Assembly (NCBI RefSeq): GCF_963921235.1
Contig: NC_086108.1
Coordinates: forward strand, 104,906,001-104,970,000
Direction: 5' to 3'
Origin: Mobula hypostoma
Taxonomy: Eukaryota
DNA length: 64,000 bases
Every line of letters begins with the position of its first letter. Position 1 is the stretch's first letter. The notes under the pieces are model-generated. The model made no database searches and was not told the origin of the DNA. It was given only the letters and a program-made list of their open reading frames with translations. Made by a program: the position numbers and the translations under genes. Below, in pieces: positions 26,622 through 40,200 of the stretch.

Positions 26622-27000
26622 GACTCAGCGATCACCTTACTAGGTGATCTGCACTGAATAAAGGCACCTCCTGTACCTAACAAAGTAGCCACTGACTGTA
26701 GGTTTGTGGTCCTCTGCGGCTGTACCCTATCCATTTCAAGGTTCAGTGTGGCATGCATTCAGAGATTCCATTCTGCACACCACTGTAGTGACACATGGTT
26801 ATTTGAGTTACTGTCACCTTCCTAATGGTTTGAACCAGCCTAGACATTCTCCTCTGATCTCCCTCATTAACAAGGCTTTTCCATCCACAGAACTTCCACT
26901 TACTGTTTTTTTTTTGTTTTTCACACCATTTTCTGTGAACTCTTGAGACTGTCGTACATGAAAATTCCAGGAGAACAGCAGTTTTAGAGGTACTCTCTAC
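26622..27000 (-). mobile_element. Partial copy of the Tc1 deletion derivative
   Basis: Minus-strand ORF reads TTVSRVHRKWCEKQ...RRMSRLVQTIRKVTVTQIT. Degenerate TIR hairpin at 26622-26700. Confidence 0.75.
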
Positions 27001-28125
27001 ATTGATGACTGTGTGGCTTGGCACAGCTCAAATACCATCTATAAATTCGCTGATGTCAGCAGCATCTCAGATGGCAATGAGGTGGAGTACAGGAGTGAGA
27101 TAGATCAGCTGGTTGAGTGGTGGTGGACCAATAACCTTGTACACAGTGTCAGCAAGACCAAGGAATTGATAGTAGACTTTAGAAAGGGGAAGCCAGGAGA
27201 ACATGGATCAGTCCCCATCAAAGGGCCAGTGGTGGAAAGGGTGAGCAGCTTCAAATTCCTGGGGCGTCAACATCTGTCCTGTAGCAGCATGTTGAGGCAA
27301 TCGTGAATAATGTTTAATGATGCAGATTGTATTAACCCAACACCCCATCTTCCTTCCTCTCTCCTTCTGATTCCACCAAGTTCTCTCACATCATCATCTT
27401 TCCCCTTCCACATCTGATTGCATTAGCCCCTCATCTACAAAATTAACACACTGGGTCTCCTGTCCTCTCTCAAAATACTTCCATCAGCCCTTCATCTCTC
27501 CCTTATCTGGTTCCACATATCACTTCCCTTTGTCGTCAGATTCCAGGATCTGTAGCCCCTTGTTGTCCAGAAAGAGATGCCTGTATATGATCTACATCCC
27601 TCCCACCCTGCATGTCCACGAGTCTAACAGTCTCTTAAATACCACGGTCATATCTGCTTCCACCACGATCTCCGGCAGCCTACTGCAGGCAGCTATCACA
27701 CTGTGTTAATAAAAAACCCTGCCCTTCACATCTCACTAAAACAAAAGAAGATTGACAGGTTCTTGATGAAAATGAAAGCAAAGATTGATAGGTTACTGAT
27801 TAATAAGTGAGTTAAGGGGTACTGGGAGAATGTGATTGAGGGGGAAAAAAATCAGCCACGATTGAATGGTGAAGGAGACTGTGGGCTGAACGTTTCCTCC
27901 ACTATGCCTGGCAGCCTGTTGCAGACACTCGCCATTCTCTGTATAAGAAAAAAACCTTGTCCCGCACAGAGTCACAGAGTTATCCAGCAGGCATCATGCC
28001 TTCTGGAGCTCAGCTCCTGATAGGGTCACCCATGGCAGTAAGGTTCAGGGGAAGATTCTAGACGAACAGCTGTTTAACCAAGACCTCGGCAGTGGAGATT
28101 GCTGAAGATAATGACACATCACAAG

Positions 28126-28620
28126 TTAGACAGACAGATAGATAACAGATCATCTAGATAGATAGATATCTACATTGCTAATTGGCCAACTAGTTAGATA
28201 GACAGATGACTAGATGGATAGAAAGGCAGACAGATAGATGGATAGATTGATAGATATATAGACTGCTAGCTGGCCAACTATCTAGCTAGCTAGGTAGATA
28301 GATAAATAGATATTAGGTGGATAGATTCAAAGATTCAAAAAACTTTATTGTCATTCTAACCGTACATGAGCTCTGCAGGGCAGAATGAGACAGCGTTTCC
28401 CAGGAGCAGTGCAATCATAACATAACAAACACAACACTAAATAATAAACATAACAATAAGTAGTAAAACACAACAGCCTGTGACAATAAAATATAAATTT
28501 TTATTTTATATAAACAATACAATATAAAACACAACATAACTCAGATAGATAGGTAGATAGATAAATAGGTAGATAAATGGTCAGCCAGTTAGACAGACAG
28601 ATATTATAGATAGATAGATA
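28126..28620. repeat. Degenerate (GATA/GACA)n microsatellite region interrupted by a LINE 3' end (~28325-28540)
   Basis: Runs of AGAT/AGAC on both sides of an unrelated insert. Confidence 0.8.
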
Positions 28621-28624
28621 CTGT

Positions 28625-28890
28625 TACAGCTCAGGACATGAGAGTTAGGAGTTCAATCCTGGTGGCCTCTGTAAGGGGTCTCTGTATGTCCTCCCTGTCG
28701 AAGACATGCGTTTTCTCTGGATACTGGAGTTTCCTTCCACAGTCCAAAGACGTACCGGGTAGGTTAGTTGGCAAACGTGAATTGCTCCCTGATTAGGTTG
28801 GGATTAAATCAGGGTTGTTGAGGGTTGCTGGGTGGTGCGACTCGAAGGGCTGGAAGGGCTACTCTGTGCTGTATCTCAAAAATAAAATAC
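28625..28890 (+). mobile_element. HE1-like V-SINE
   Basis: B box GAGTTCAATCC, V-domain and CR1-like tail. Confidence 0.75.
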
Positions 28891-29204
28891 ATAGATAGAT
28901 AATGCAAGGGAGTCTTGGAAATCACCTCCCACTCCCCTGTGCTCCAAGGAAAAAGCTCCTAGCCTATCCCAAACTCTCCTGACAAGTATTTTTAAAACTT
29001 TTCCCCCTCACCTTAAAAGCATGTCCTTTAATATTCCCTGGGGAAAGGTTTATGACCATCCACCCACCTGTGCCTCTCACTATTTTATAAATTTCTATCA
29101 GCTCTGTTGAGTTCCGTACTTTTGATAAAGTGTTTGCTTTTATAACTGAACTGAAAAGAATTTCCTTCCAAGAAGATTAAGTGTTTTAAAGTAAATCCTT
29201 AATT

Positions 29205-29475
29205 TGTTTATTTTATTTAGAGATACAGTGCAGAACAGTATCTTCCGGTCCAACTAGCCACACTGGCAAGCAACCCACCTACTTAACCCTAACCTAATCA
29301 CAGGACAAGTTAACCTACTAACTGGTACGTCTTCTGGTGGAAGAAACCAGAGCACCCGAAGGAAACCCATGCAGTTCACGAGGAGAACGTACAAACTCCT
29401 TACAGACAGCACCAGAATTGTCCAAACTCTGGAAACACCCTGATCTGTAATAGTGTTGTACTCAATACAATGCCA
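29205..29475 (-). mobile_element. HE1-like V-SINE
   Basis: Reverse-complement V-domain (AAACCAGAGCACCCGAAGGAAACCCATGC...GAGAACGTACAAACTCCTTACAGAC). Confidence 0.78.
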
Positions 29476-29844
29476 CTGGATGTGGACATCACTGCCGGCA
29501 AGTCATTGTCCATAGCCAATTACCTCTGAACCTGAGGAGGGATAACAGCTTGATGGGTGTGGAATGACACACAGGCCAGACTCCAGTAAGAACAACAAGA
29601 TCCTACTGTCCAACAATCTCTTAGACCATTCCCCCCCTATCCCACCAACCATCAGGCAGGAGGTTCCATAGCATTAGGACAAGGACTGTTAGGATGGAAA
29701 GCAACTTCTTCCCCCAGGCCATGAGACTACTGAACTCTCTGCTACCACCCACATCTCGTCACATACGAAGTCCCAGTAACATTATACTGTTTACTTTTTA
29801 AATTGATAATGCACCCTATTATTCGTTAATTTTACACTTTTTAC

Positions 29845-30805
29845 ATTACATGTCAATGATTTGGATGATGGGATTGATAGTTTTGTTGCAAAGTTTGCTA
29901 ACGATATGAAGATAGGTAGAAGGACAGGTAGTTTTGAGGAAGCAGAGAGGCTACAGGAGGACTTAGATTAGGAGATTGGGCAAAGGAATGGCAGATGGAA
30001 TACGGTGTTGAGAAGTGCATGGTCATGCACTTTGGTAGAAGAAATGAAAGGGTTGATTATTTTCTAAATGGAGAGAAAATACAAAACACTGTGATGCAAA
30101 GGGACTTGGGAGTCCTTGTGCAGGATTCCCTATAAGTTAATTTGCAGGTTGAGTCTGTGGTGAGGAAGGCAAATGTAATGTTAGCATTCATATCAAGAGG
30201 ACTTTGTAAATGTCAAAACTTTATTAAGCACTGGTGAGGCCTCGCTCGGAGTATTGGGAGCAGGTTTGGGTCCCTTATTTTAGAAAGGATGTGCTGAAAC
30301 TGGAAAGGGTGCAAAGGAGGTTCACGAAAATGACTCCAGGATTTAATGGCTTGTCGTATAAAGACCGTCTGATGGCTCTGGGCCTGTGTTCACAAGAATT
30401 TGGAGGAATGAGGCATGACCTAATCAAAACCTATCAAATGGTGAAAGGCCCTGATAGAGTGTACATGGAGAGGATGTTTCCTGTGGTGGGAGAGTCTAAG
30501 ACCAGAGGACAGACTCAGAATAGAGGAGCGTCCTTTTAGAATCAAGATAAGGAGGAATTTCTTTAGCCAGAGGGTGGTGAATCTTTGGAATTCTTTGCCG
30601 CAGGGAGCTGTGGAGGCCAAATCTTTCTGTATATTTAAGGCAGAGATTGATAGATTCTTGATTAGTCAGGGCATGAAGGGATACGGGGAGAAGGCAGGAG
30701 ATTGGGGCTGACAGGGAAATGGATCAGCCATGATGAAATGGTGGAGTAGACTCAATGGGCCAAATGGCCTATTTCTGCTCCTTCATCTTATGGTCATATG
30801 GTCCT
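29845..30805 (+). mobile_element. CR1-clade LINE 3' fragment
   Basis: VAKFANDMK...RKDVLKLERVQRRFTKM...FFSQRVVNLWNSLP, ending TCTTATGGTCATATGGTC. Confidence 0.9.
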
Positions 30806-30992
30806 AATTTATATGTGGAAATATTACTTTTTCGTTTGTATGTATACAGTTGAAATGACAATAACCTTGAATTTGAACCCTCTTTAACAAGAAATCTAAA
30901 TTTTATTTAATTACTTGTACTTAACTTCCCCAGCAGAATTTGAACCGATGCCTTTGCATTAACAATTCAGACCCTTAGCTACTCATCAAGAT

Positions 30993-31091
30993 GTGCTTTG
31001 GCAGCACGTATACTAAACTTGGACGAATATAGCGAACATTAGCGTAGACCTTGCACAAGGATAACACATTTGAGAAATGTTCCATATTTTT
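30993..31091 (+). pseudogene. U6 snRNA pseudogene (near full length, diverged)
   Basis: GTGCTTTGGCAGCACGTATACTAAACTTGGACGAATATAGCGAACATTAGCGTAGACCTTGCACAAGGATAACAC...TTCCATATTTTT aligns by eye to U6. The ACAGAGA box is mutated (ATAGCGA) and there are small deletions. Confidence 0.88.
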
Positions 31092-31694
31092 AGGCCTACT
31101 CAGTAGAGTAGCAGTTAGCACAATGTTTTACAGCACCAGCTTTAAAATCGGCCAGGGTTCGATTCTCAGCATTAAGGTATCCTAATTTCTATTAAGTTTT
31201 GAAATTGAACCCATATGCACTACTTCTGATGGCAGCTCATTACACACCCTTACCACCCTCTGAGTGAAGATGTTTCCCCTTAAATATTTCACCTTTCACC
31301 TTTAACCTATAACCTCTGGTTCTCAACTCACCCAACTTGAGTGGAAAAAAAGCTTGCCTGCATTTACCCCATCTATAGTCAAACATAACTTTGCAAGCCA
31401 TTTGGATAGGCACGTGGACGTAAGGAAGACATGATATAGGTAGGAAGGATTACTGTTTGGATGTTTTTGATTTGATTTTTAGCTGGTTCGGCATAACACT
31501 GTGGGCCAAGTGGTTTGTTCCTGTGCAGAACTCTTCTATGTTCTATCCAACCTCCTCTCATTCTCCTAGGCTCCAGGGAATACTGTCCTAACTTACTCAC
31601 CCTATCCCTATAACTCAGGTCCTCAAGTTCCAGCAACATTCTTGTAAATTTTTTTCTGTACTCTTTCAGTCTTATTTCTGCCTCAGTATTTGCC

Positions 31695-31975
31695 TGGGCA
31701 GTATAGTAGCATAGTGGTTAGTACAATACCTTGCAGTACAGGCAACCAGGATTCAATTCCCGCCTCTGCCTGCAAGGAGTTTGTGCGTTCTCCCTGTGAC
31801 CGTGTGGGTTTCCTCTGGGTGCTCTGGTTTTCTCCCACATTTCAAAGACATACTGGTTAGGATTAGTGTGTTGTGAGCATACTACGTTGGTGCTGGAAGC
31901 ATGGAGACAATTGTGGGCTGCCCCAAGTGCATCCTTTGGACTGTGTTGGTTTTTGGCACAAATAATGATGCACCA
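31695..31975 (+). mobile_element. V-SINE, alternative tail subfamily
   Basis: A box TAGCATAGTGG, B box GGATTCAATTCC, V-domain GAGTTTGTGCGTTCTCCCTGTGACCGTGTGGGTTTCCTCTGGGTGCTCTGG. Confidence 0.82.
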
Positions 31976-33283
31976 CTGTGCCATCTTGCGACTGGTTTGT
32001 GCCAAACTCTCAGCCAACTTCCTCAGATCAAGATCCAACAGCAATATGGTAATAGCTAGATTTGTTTCAGTATTGAGTGGTCACATTTGATTACTACCAA
32101 GCAGGTTTTGCCCACAGGAGGGACAGTAAATTTCATTTACAGTACTGTACATTTGCACAGTACCGTAATGTTATGTATTACATTGTACTGCTGTCACAAA
32201 GACAACAAATTTCACCACATATGCCGGTGATATTTAAACTGATTCTGGTAAGAAGCCAGGAGCTACCCCCTAAACCTATGCCCTCCAGCTTTTAATTCCC
32301 CAACACTGGGGAAACAGACTCTGCAAAATGGAATATGGATTCATTGGACAGAAGATGTTGATTGTTTCAAATGCCTGGTGATAGAGAAGGATGGTGTTTG
32401 ATACAAGTAACACTTATTATGAATCAAGAAGAACAGTAATCATCTCAGTAAGAGGGAGGCCATGAAACAATAGTCTCTGGAACTACCCAAACATATGCTC
32501 ATGGTTCCCTTCAACTCCAGGGCAGCACTGTGTTCCTGAGAGCACTCAGGAATGCCTGAAAGTGTAGGAGCAATCATCATATGTGGGCTGTTTCCGCACA
32601 TCTACTGAGATGCCAATGAAAATAGTAATCTTCTACAATGTGCCTGATTAGCCAAGGGACTCAAAAACAATTTCCATAGGATTTCCTGGAATCCACAACA
32701 GGATGATTTTTTTTCCCATTTTGAGAACTGGCTTGTCGCCACCAGTGAGAATGTCTGCAGTCCCAGGGGTGGGGAGGGGGCTGAAGGCAGAGTATGAAAT
32801 TGTGCTGGTGAATGAATGGAATGTAGGCTCTCTCCAAACCTCAGCTGTGGCCCCTGGTGGGATTCACTGTGGTGTAGTACGGAAGGAGTGCTGTGTTGTT
32901 GGGGAGGCAAGTGGAATTAGCCCATAAAGAGGTGCACAAGATGATAAGAGGCATAGATCAAGTGGACAGCCCGAGAATTTTTCCCTGGGCAAAAATGGCT
33001 AACTCACAGGGACATAATTTTAAGGTGACCGGGGGAAGTATGGGGGGGTGGTGGGGGAATGTTAGTTCTTTACACAGTTAGGGGTATTATTTATTTTGTA
33101 TATATTTGTTATTGCAACCTATGGTAATTTTTAATGTATTGCTGTATTGAGCCTACGGACTTCTGTACTTGCCATAGTGTGTTGGGCTTCTGGGTTTCTC
33201 GAGAACCTCTATTTACTAATTATTGTCTTAACAAGAGTTGTTAAACCCTTGAGATTTTGGTTTAATCTTATCAGGTTAATTGT

Positions 33284-33785
33284 GAGTAACAACACCTTAT
33301 ATTCCGTCTGGGTAGCCTCCAACCTGATGGCACGAACATTGACTTCTCAAACTTCCGCTAATGCCCAACCTCCCCCTCATACCCCATCCGTTATTTATTT
33401 ATATACACACATTCTTTTTCTCTCTCTCCTTTTTCTCCCTCTGTCCCTCTCACTATACCCCTTGCCCATCCTCTGGGCTTTCCCCCCTCCCCCTTTTCTT
33501 TCTCCCTGGGCCTCCTGTCCCATGATCCTCTCATATCCCTTTTGCCTATCACCTGTCCAGCTCTTGGCTCCATCCCTCCCCCTCCTGTCTTCTCCTATCA
33601 TTTCAGATCTCCCCCTCCCCCTTTCAAATCTCTTACTAGCTCTTCTTTCAGTTAGTCCTGACGAAGGGTCTCGGCCCGAAATGTGGACTGTACCTCTTCC
33701 TAGAGATGCTGCCTGGCCTGCTGCATTCACCAGCAACTTTGATGTGTGTTGGTTGAAATGCCAGCATCTGCAGATTTCCTCGTAA
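33284..33785 (+). mobile_element. Penelope-like element 3' end / pseudo-LTR
   Basis: QHLIFRLGSLQPDGTNIDFSNFR, a CT-rich tract, and AGTCCTGACGAAGGGTCTCGGCCCGAAATGTGGACT. Confidence 0.82.
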
Positions 33786-34319
33786 ATGTGACTGGCACAG
33801 GTTTCCCGCATTCTATGATTATCTAAAGAGGACTCTAGTTTCGTCTCTTAGCATATACATGTATATAATTATAGTCATTGTGTTAGACAGAATGATTTGA
33901 CTCGTGTTGTCGCTCATTAATTCCTTCAAGACTTGTATTCCGTGTCTAACCTCTTGTTTCCATCTTCTCATGGGAAATCTGTTTTCCTGGGTCGTGCTGT
34001 TGTCAGTGCTCTCCGTGACTGAGGCTGCCTTCCACCACCCCCAGGTTGAGTCAGCACCAGCAACTGTTGTGACAGAGAGAGCCTACTATTCCTCTACTCT
34101 TGGATCCAGCCTGGCGAACGCGCACAGTGACAATTGCACGGTAGCGTAAAGCAGTTAGCGCAGCTGCTTTACAGCGCTAGCGATTACCAAGCAGAGCAAA
34201 ACCACATGCTTATGGGTTCACGGACCAATCAGAAATCTGATGGTGAAGGGAGAAGGACAATGTTCCTAAAACATTAAGTGCATCTTCAGTCTCCTGTAAC
34301 TCCTCCTGGATGGTAGTAA

Positions 34320-35165
34320 TGTGAACTCTGATGATGACTCAGAGTACAGAGGGGAAGTGGAGCGGCTGGTGGACAGGTGTGACAACAGCAACCAAAGTCT
34401 GAACGTGGAGAACACCAAGGAAGTGATTGTGATCTTTGGGAAGGTGGAGGTGAACCATCCCCCTCTGTGCATACATGGCTCCTCTGTGGAGAGAGTTAAA
34501 GTAAACCAAGTTCCTGGGAGCTCACATCACCTGGTCCCTCAATATCACCTCCCTGAAGGCACAGCAGCACCTCCACTTCCAAAGAAGATCGAGGCAAGCA
34601 AAGCTTCCCTCAACGCCCAACTACCTGCACTGAATTTTACTGGAGCATCATTGTGTCCCGAGAAGCTGTATCTCCATCCGGTATGAGAACAGTCGAGCAT
34701 CAGACCGCAAGTCCCTACAAAGGACTGTGAGACCAGCTGAGAGGATCATGGGGATCTCCCTACCATCCACTGGGGACATTTATCTGCATCACTGCATATG
34801 CAGGGCCCTTAGTGTTATTAAGAACCCCATCCAGCCAGCCAGCATCCCCTTCGACTTTCTACCATCAAACAGGAGACGCTGATGCATACAGACAATAATG
34901 GTCAAGGTGAGAAATAGTCTCTTCCCTCAGGCCACTAGGCTTCTGAACACCCTGTCACATAGTAAGTGAAGTGTCACCAGTTAATTTGTTCTGTACTGTA
35001 AATATTTAATTTATGCATTTTACTTTGTGTGTGGTTCATTTAATTCTTACTTTCCTAAGTTATTGTGTTATGCTTATTACTGTGCTTTACACACTGGTCT
35101 GGAGGAACATTGTCTTGTTTGATGGTATACATGTATATAATTAAATGACAATAGACTTGTCTTGA
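34320..35165 (+). mobile_element. Rex/Babar-type LINE fragment
   Basis: DDDSEYRGEVERLVDRCDNSNQSLNVENTKEVIV, followed by a 3'UTR. Confidence 0.75.
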
Positions 35166-35664
35166 TAGAGGCCATGTCCTGTATGGTGAGGGTTCTTGAT
35201 GATTGATGTTGACTTCTCAAGGCTCCACGTGTTTAAGATGTCCTCTATGATGAGGAGGCTAGACTCCCCTCCTCAATCTCAGAGTGTGAACTACACTGCT
35301 TATAGCTTGAACGATTCAGTCTTTATCTACTCCTCAACATGCCTCCCTTTAGGAACAAGGCCTTGGAGGTCTGTACTCCATGAGGTTAATTGTATTTCTG
35401 CATGTTTTGAGACCTTGTGCTTCTTTCGCCTTGAACCCCCTCACCCTATCTCCCGCAGCTAATCAAGGTCTTGAGTCAGCTGGGAGGAAGGAAGCAGCCG
35501 ATTTGCCTTGGAATATGGAACTTGAATAATCTCCTTTTGGCATTGTCTGCTGGTCAAGGCTTTTGTGTTGCTGCAGTAGTTGTTTATTAAGCTGTCGAGA
35601 AGTATACTGGGGTGGTGTGGAGAATGCTTTCGCTCTACGTTGCCACTACTGCCTTTCTTGGCAG

Positions 35665-36525
35665 CAGGGCAGTGTAGCAGTCTGCACAATCGCTTTCAGC
35701 TTCAGCAATCACTTATTGGGGTTCGAATCATGCCACTGTCTGAAAGGAGTTTTCTCTAGGTGCTCCAGTCTCCTCCCACATTCCAAAGACATACGGGTTG
35801 GGCTTAGTGAGTTGTGGGCTTGCAATGTTGGTGCCAGAACCATGGTGACACTTGCTGGCTGCCCACTTACCCCAGCACATTGCAAATGATGGTGTAAGCG
35901 TAGAACACCGTGCAGGCCTTTTGGCCCATGATGCTGTGCTGACCCTTCAATCTACTTCATTTGCAATCTAACCCTTCCCTCCCACATAGCTCTCCACTTT
36001 TCTTTCACCTGGTAGGCTGGAGTCTGGTTCAGAAGATTTTGAAAGATAAATGTGTCATTTTATTTATCATTTGCAAGTGCTTGGAGGCAGACTGCAAGTG
36101 TCACCATGCTTCCAACACCAACAAAGCACGCCCACAACTTTCTAGCGCTAACTGAGGCGTTTTTGTGAATGTGGGAAGATACCAGAGCACCCAAAGGAAA
36201 ACCGTGCAGTCCAACTCCTGACTGGCAGTGGCAGGAATCAAACCCTGAACAGTAACTGTTGGACGGTAACATAGTGGTTGGTACCAGTGTCCTGGGTTCA
36301 ATTCTTGCCGCTGCCTGTAAGGAATTTGTATGTTCTCCCTGTGACTGTGTAGGTTTCCTCCAGGTGCTCTGGTTTCCTCCCACAGTTCAAAGGCGTAGTG
36401 GTCGGTAGGTTAATTAGTTATTGTAAATTGTTCTGTGATTAGGCTAGGGTTAAATCGAAGGATTGCTGAGTGGCGTGGCATGAAAGGCCGGAAAGGCTAT
36501 TCTGTATCTCAGTAAGTAAATAAAA
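35665..36525. mobile_element. Cluster of three V-SINE copies (+, -, +) with a CR1 tail fragment
   Basis: V-domain at ~35745 (+), ~36170 (-) and ~36320 (+). Confidence 0.75.
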
Positions 36526-38536
36526 CAAAAGCGATTGTGCTAACACTATGGTTACGTGCCACCAAGGAAGACAGAAGTGGCTACTCATGCTCAAAATACC
36601 CCCAACACCTCGTTTCTAGGCCGCATCTATTTCTGTTTATATATGTAAGAATATCTTTGCTATATCTGAAAAGATCATTGGATTGGACAGTACTCCCCGT
36701 ACTTGGCTTTCTCGCATGTAGACATGTTTGTTTTTGACACAACGGGACATTGTGTTGTGAATTGGCAGCTTCCCAGGGAAAACAATGTGGCTTCAATTTG
36801 CCAAGATCTGTTGTGACTCCTGATTCAGGCAACATGGGCTTCACAGTAACTGGTTCAGAACACAAATCATGGAACCATACAGCACAGAACAGGCCCTTCA
36901 GCCCACAATGTTGTGCTGAACTTTTAACCTGCTCTAAGATTAATCCAACCCTTATGACCTTGCACCTTATTGTCTGTCAGCTCTGCATTTTCACTGTAAC
37001 ACTTCATTCTGCACTCTGTTATTGTTTTGCCTTGTACTATCTCAACGTACTGTTGTAATGAATTGATCTGTATGAATCAAAGTTCAAAGTAAATTTATTT
37101 TCAAAGTACATATATGTACAACCCTGAGATTCATATTCTTGAGGACATTCACAGTAAATACAAAGAAACACCTTAGAATTAATCAAAGACCACACCTGAC
37201 AGTACAGACAAACAACCAATGTGCAAAAGACAACAAATTGCCCAAATACAAAAAGGAAAAAAAAAAGCAATAATAATAAATAAATTAGCAATGGGCATCA
37301 AGAACATGAGATGAAGGGTCCTTGAAAGTGAGTCCATAGGTTGTGGGAACAGTTCAGCATTGGAGTGAGTGAAGTTATTCCCTTTTGGTTCAAGAGCCTG
37401 ATGGTATACAAGTCGAGCTTTTTTACTGCACCTTGGTACATGACACAGTAAAAAATTGACCAATTTTTCCAGCTTCCACAACTCTCCGAGGTAAAAAATT
37501 GCAGAAATTTCCCACCCTCTAAATGTTACATTACAGGGGGATCTTGATCAGCTGAAATCCAATTAGTTCCATCGCCCTTCACCTTGTTTCCTGGCAATTT
37601 ATCTACACACCTATCAAATAGGCTTAGAATGGTCTTCTTACTCATTAAAGGTGAACGCTTGACCTCATAATCTACCTCATTACACTAACTTACCGCTTGT
37701 TACGCCACTGGTGTTTAGGGCAGCAATGAAAGTTCTCCATCTCTGTCTGTAGAGAAGGATTATTCAATGTTTTTTCTGTAACAATTATTTTTTGACCACT
37801 CAGGGTTGGTAGCCCTGAACTGAACTCCCAGACCTGGAGGACCAGTGGACCACTCTTGGTCTGGCCTCTACGTTTTGATCTGTTTGGTATGGGAGACCCT
37901 ACCAACAGCCAAAGCATAAATCCCTGCCTCCAGTCAACATGGCTCTCCAGGTCATTGAGGCACACAAGCCTCCAAACCCTACAACAAGATTGTGGTCCTC
38001 TTGGAAACACCTCATTATGACCTTGCACCATATTGTCTGCCTGCACAGCACTTTCTCTGTAACTGTAACACTTTATTCTTCATTCTGTTATTGTTTTACC
38101 CTGTCCTAGCTCAATGCACTGTGTGATGAATTGATCTGCATGAATAGTATGCAAGACAAATTTTTCACTGTGTCTTGGTACATCAGCCAATAATTCATCA
38201 GTTACCAATTACACCCACTAATGTGCGATTTGCAGTTCCTAATCTACTTTGGTAGATGAAAAAGAACCATCACAAAAAAACCATGCAGACTCTGCATAGA
38301 CAGCATATGTAAGAGCGTAAGAAATGGGAGCAGGAGTTGGCCATCTGGCCTATCAAACCCGTTACATCATTCAATAAGATCATAGCTGACCTGGATGTGG
38401 ACTCAGTACCAATGACCTTTACTCCATAACCTTTAAGTCCCCTGATATGGAAAATTATATCTAAATACACCTTAATTCTATTTAATGAGGTCACCTCTAC
38501 TGCTGCTTTGGGCTCCTATGTCTTAAGGTCTTTTGT

Positions 38537-38870
38537 AAAGAAGAGTCAGGGAAAAATTGCCGTGTCCAGATGTAGAAAGCTGACAGAGACCTCTCCGACA
38601 TAGACTCAAGGCTGCAATTGCTGCCAAAGGTGCAACGACTAAATACTGACTTGAAGAGGGTGAGTTATTATACAATTAATTATTTTGTGTTTAATAATTG
38701 TAATAAATTAGACTAATTTGTAGAAATATGTTTTCACTTTGACTCAAAAGAGTCTTTCTGCTGATCAGTGTCAAAAAAGTCAAATTAAATCCGTTGTGAT
38801 TCAATGTTGTAAAACGATAAAACATGAAAACTTCCGGGGGGGGGGGTGGTGAATACTTTTAAAGGCACTG
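38537..38870 (+). mobile_element. 3' fragment of the same Tc1 family as 47567-49138
   Basis: Transposase C-terminus (AAIAAKGATTKY*) followed by the right IR ending GGTGAATACTTTTAAAGGCACTG-TA. Confidence 0.88.
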
Positions 38871-40200
38871 TAATTTTATGTGTTCCTAGAAGATCTCATC
38901 TCATTCTTTTGGATTCCAGCTATGATAGACCCAGGTGACTCAATCTCTCCTCACAGGCTTACCCACTCTTCTCCAGAATCAATCTGGTGAACCCCTTCTA
39001 CACTGCCTCCAAAGGCAGTGTATCTTTCCTCGAGTGCGGAGACCAAAACCGAATTCGGTACTCCAGGTGCAGCCTCATTGGGACCCTGCACAGCTGCATC
39101 ATAACCTCCCTGCTTTCAAATTCAAACCCTCCAGCAATGGAGGCCAACATGCCTTCTTGACAACCTGTTGCATCTACAAAAGCACCTAATGTCAGGATTG
39201 AAAACAGGTCCCAGCAACTGTGAGCTGCAGAACCAATGGCTGTACACTTGTGAAATATGAGGAGTGTTTGAGGACTCTGGGCCTGTACTCACTGGAGTTT
39301 AGAAGAATGAGGGGGGGATCTTACAGAAACCTACCAGTTATTGAAAGGCCTAGCTGGAGTAGACGTGGGGAGGATGTTTCCAGTAATGGGAGCTGCCACA
39401 GAATAGAAGGACGTCCCTTTGGAAGAGGGGTTCCCAGCCTGGTGTCCATGGATTCCTTGGTAAATGGCTGGGGTCTATGGCATAAAAACGGTTGGGAAAC
39501 CCTGCATTAAAACAAAGATGAGGAGGAAATTCTTTAACCAGAGGGTGATGAATCTGTGGTATTCATTACTACGGACGGCTGTGGAAGACGAGTCATTGGG
39601 TATATTTAAAGTGGAGGTTGATAGGTTCTTTATTAGTAAGGGTATCAAAGATTACTCTGAGAAGGTAGGAAAATGTGGTTGAGAGAGATATTAAATCAGC
39701 CACGATAGAATGGTGGAGCAGACTCAATGGGCCAAATACTGTCATTCTGATCTTATGGCTTATTGCCCTATGGTCTGTTCATACCCATCAAATGGGCTTA
39801 GATTCCTTTTGGCACTTAGACTGGACAGCTTGCATGATAAAGGTGATCTCATATCAACCTTGCACCTTATTGTATGCCTGCACTGCACTTTCTCTGTAAC
39901 TGTAACACTTTGTTCTGCATTTTGTTACTGTGTTAGCTTGTACTATCTCAATGCCCTGTAGAAATGAAGAGATCTCTATGGATGGTATGCAAGACAAGTT
40001 TTTCCACTGTGTCTTGTTACATTTGACAATCCATTACAATTTCCAATTGACAATAATTTATATAGTACCAATTACCAATGCTGTGGCATTAATGGACTGA
40101 ATGGCTTCCTTTTGTACTGTGAATGTCAGTGCCTTGTCCATTAAAGAACAGATGACATTATCGACAGCGATGAGCAGCACCTTGGAGCAGAATCTCCTAC

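Noticed and set aside
33147..33785. 212-aa hydrophobic ORF resembling a membrane protein
   Set aside because: Translation of the CT-rich Penelope pseudo-LTR. Low complexity.
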